Position numbers and translations under genes: made by a program
In this document: piece after piece, positions 62,345 through 64,000 of the stretch
Numbering within the stretch: position 1 is the first letter of the stretch
How the letters are laid out: every line of letters begins with the position of its first letter
The notes under the pieces: model-generated
Database searches by the model: none
The model's input: only the letters and a program-made list of their open reading frames with translations
What the model was told of the DNA's origin: nothing
Source: Neptuniibacter sp. PT8_73
Lineage (GTDB): Bacteria > Pseudomonadota > Gammaproteobacteria > Pseudomonadales > Balneatricaceae
DNA length: 64,000 bases
Direction: 5' to 3'
NCBI RefSeq assembly: GCF_047778045.1
Contig: NZ_CP180545.1
Span: 1,649,480 to 1,713,479 of the forward strand

Positions 62345-63190
62345 CTACTCAGCAGCTGCATTTTTCAATGTAACTTCCCGTTGAGGGAATGGAATTTCTA
62401 TATCAGCGGTTTGAAGTGCTTTAAATACAGCTAAATTCACTTGATATTGCACTTCAAAATAGCGGTCTGTTGGCACCCAATAACGGTAAGCAATATTTAT
62501 AGAAGAATCGGCAAAGGCTTCGATGCCAACTTGTGGCGGTGATTCTTGCGAGAGTTCATCAAACTGGGCTAAAGATCGTTTGATTACTTGAATCGCAACT
62601 TCTGGATCTGCACTGTAGCTAATACCAACAGAGGCTTCGACAACTTTATTAGCGAATGAATTGGTGATCACTTCGCCGACGATGTGCTTGTTTGGAATTG
62701 TAATGATCTCGCCGTCTTCTGTGGCCAGTAGGGTATGTGCGAGCTTAATCTCTGTTACGACACCAGAAATATCGTTAATCGTAATTGTATTACCGACGAC
62801 AAAAGGGCGGGTCAAGATAATGGTGAAACCTGCACCATAATTGGAGAACACGCCTTGTAGAGCTAGTCCAGCGCTTAGAGATACGGCACCGATTGCTGCC
62901 ACAAAAGGCGCAACGCTGATACCAAATTTACCTAAACAAATCACCAATACCATCGCTACGATTAGCAGCTTTACGGTACTGGCTATAAATAAGCTTAAGG
63001 TGATATCAACGCTATTCTTTTCACATAGCTTAAGAGCGAACTTACCTATTGATCGAGCGACAATCAGACCGATCAAAAAAATGATGATCGCGCCAATTAC
63101 CTGAAAACTGTAATTGACGAAAAAATCTATGACCATATTTGTTAAACGAGTTATGGTTTCTAGCTCGTTTTGAATCTCTTGCTCCATCAA
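62345..63190 (-). CDS. small-conductance mechanosensitive channel (MscS family)
   Basis: 281 aa. Transmembrane helices, then the MscS beta-domain ('GNTITINDISGVVTEIKLAHTLLATEDGEIITIPN'). Confidence 0.75.
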   Translation of the reverse strand: MMEQEIQNELETITRLTNMVIDFFVNYSFQVIGAIIIFLIGLIVARSIGKFALKLCEKNSVDITLSLFIASTVKLLIVAMVLVICLGKFGISVAPFVAAIGAVSLSAGLALQGVFSNYGAGFTIILTRPFVVGNTITINDISGVVTEIKLAHTLLATEDGEIITIPNKHIVGEVITNSFANKVVEASVGISYSADPEVAIQVIKRSLAQFDELSQESPPQVGIEAFADSSINIAYRYWVPTDRYFEVQYQVNLAVFKALQTADIEIPFPQREVTLKNAAAE

Positions 63191-63212
63191 TAGGCCTCTT
63201 AACTAATTCGTT

Positions 63213-63692
63213 TCAGGCCGTCATCCTTTCAGAATCTTCGATAAAAGCAAAGAGTTCAGGCAGTTCTTTTTCACTGAATACAGGTATGCCGTTACGCATT
63301 AATTCAGCTGCGGCTACACCTGAGCCTTCAACGAGGTTGCCGGAAAAATTACCGTCATAGATACGTTTGTTGCCGCAAGAAGGACTTTTAGCCTTCATAA
63401 GCGCGCAAGCGACACCTTCGCGTTTGGCAATTTCTAAGGTTCTTTCAGCACCTGATAAAAACTCAGGCGTAACGTCGTTGCCATCTTGTGTCGTGATTAA
63501 AATAGGGAATTTGCACTGAGTTTCTGCTGGTGGGCGCGGTGTGCTTAAGCCACCAGCGACTTCAGGGCAGATAGGGACAAAGCGGCCTTCCTTGTGCCAA
63601 CGCTGCAATGTTGGGTGGTCAATTAAGTGATGGCCGCCATCATAGCGTACGCGATCACCTAGCATGCAGGCGCTAATTAAAATCTTCTTCAT
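63213..63692 (-). CDS. DUF523 family protein
   Basis: 159 aa, 'MKKILISACMLGDRVRYDGG' is the typical DUF523 N-terminus. Confidence 0.55.
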   Translation of the reverse strand: MKKILISACMLGDRVRYDGGHHLIDHPTLQRWHKEGRFVPICPEVAGGLSTPRPPAETQCKFPILITTQDGNDVTPEFLSGAERTLEIAKREGVACALMKAKSPSCGNKRIYDGNFSGNLVEGSGVAAAELMRNGIPVFSEKELPELFAFIEDSERMTA

Positions 63693-63876
63693 GGTAGTCC
63701 ATTTTTGTTGTTATTTTTTTGCTGGCACATTCTACTCATGGGTAGAAGGATCGCAATCGACTAAAGTCTAGAATTTAATCAATTCTATTGATAAGGATCA
63801 TGAAAATTAGGAAGGAGTGATAAATGTGGGGTAGGAGGCGCTAGCTTAGATAAAGCTAGCGCATAGGAAGAGGAAA

Positions 63877-64000
63877 TTAAGCTTCTTTCTTATCAACCAT
63901 AAAGGTTGCTGTACCTGTAGCAACAACTTTATCGCCTACAGTTACGTCTGTTTTGCACTTTACGCGTCTGCGGCGTGTATCAATCTCTTCAACTGTTAGT
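63877..64000 (-). CDS. 3' end of a hotdog-fold dehydratase-like gene (partial, runs off the window)
   Basis: C-terminal translation '...LTVEEIDTRRRRVKCKTDVTVGDKVVATGTATFMVDKKEA*' resembles FabZ/MaoC-like C-termini. Only 40 codons are visible. Confidence 0.3.
   Translation of the reverse strand, partial: LTVEEIDTRRRRVKCKTDVTVGDKVVATGTATFMVDKKEA

Overview
This window looks like a chromosomal segment from a marine gammaproteobacterium of roughly 44 % GC. Many of the proteins have close Escherichia coli or Vibrio-like counterparts. I found about 55 protein-coding genes, one SRP (4.5S) RNA gene that the ORF track does not show, and several intrinsic terminators. I saw no CRISPR array, rRNA, tRNA, integrase or IS element.

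Recognisable genes, in order:
- a TetR regulator, then the conserved alpha-2-macroglobulin lipoprotein and PBP1C pair (yfhM-pbpC)
- a CopG-like DUF411 protein, then YceI and cytochrome b561
- LysR regulators, an EAL(ELL)-HDOD protein, the ffs gene and an MFS transporter
- an MCP, an Hpt protein and a short orphan flagellin-like gene
- a HisC-like aminotransferase, a hemerythrin-like protein and a Tat-dependent [NiFe] hydrogenase (hyaABC)
- a peptidoglycan-binding M15 peptidase, RadD, a KefB/YbaL-type antiporter, SrkA, a GGDEF protein and TopB
- a DUF2157 plus DUF4401/GDYXXLXY membrane pair, a CsdA-SufE fusion, WrbA, a YffB-like ArsC, YihY, AcyP, an HDOD protein, ProS and MscS

The region most worth a second look is 30.3–39.8 kb. 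It holds a co-directional block of five genes:
- an NfeD/YqiJ-like membrane protein
- a long SPFH/flotillin (YqiK-like) protein
- a 1637-aa protein with a beta-rich N-terminus, a long central coiled coil and a C-terminal MoxR/AAA_5-type AAA+ ATPase
- a single-HKD phospholipase-D-superfamily protein
- a TelA-like (toxic-anion-resistance family) protein

The last three are joined by ATGA stop/start overlaps and the block ends at a strong hairpin terminator. I do not recognise this gene combination as a named system. I propose it as a candidate new membrane-microdomain-associated module for stress response, membrane remodelling or defence.

Secondary items:
- a 24-bp imperfect inverted-repeat pair bracketing about 215 bp upstream of srkA, which could be a MITE or a structured ncRNA
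- a 230-nt interval downstream of hisC, bracketed by terminators, that carries a strong Shine-Dalgarno sequence, a mini-ORF and a hydrophobic ORF
- a short orphan flagellin next to an MCP/Hpt pair
- hydrogenase structural genes with no maturation genes nearby
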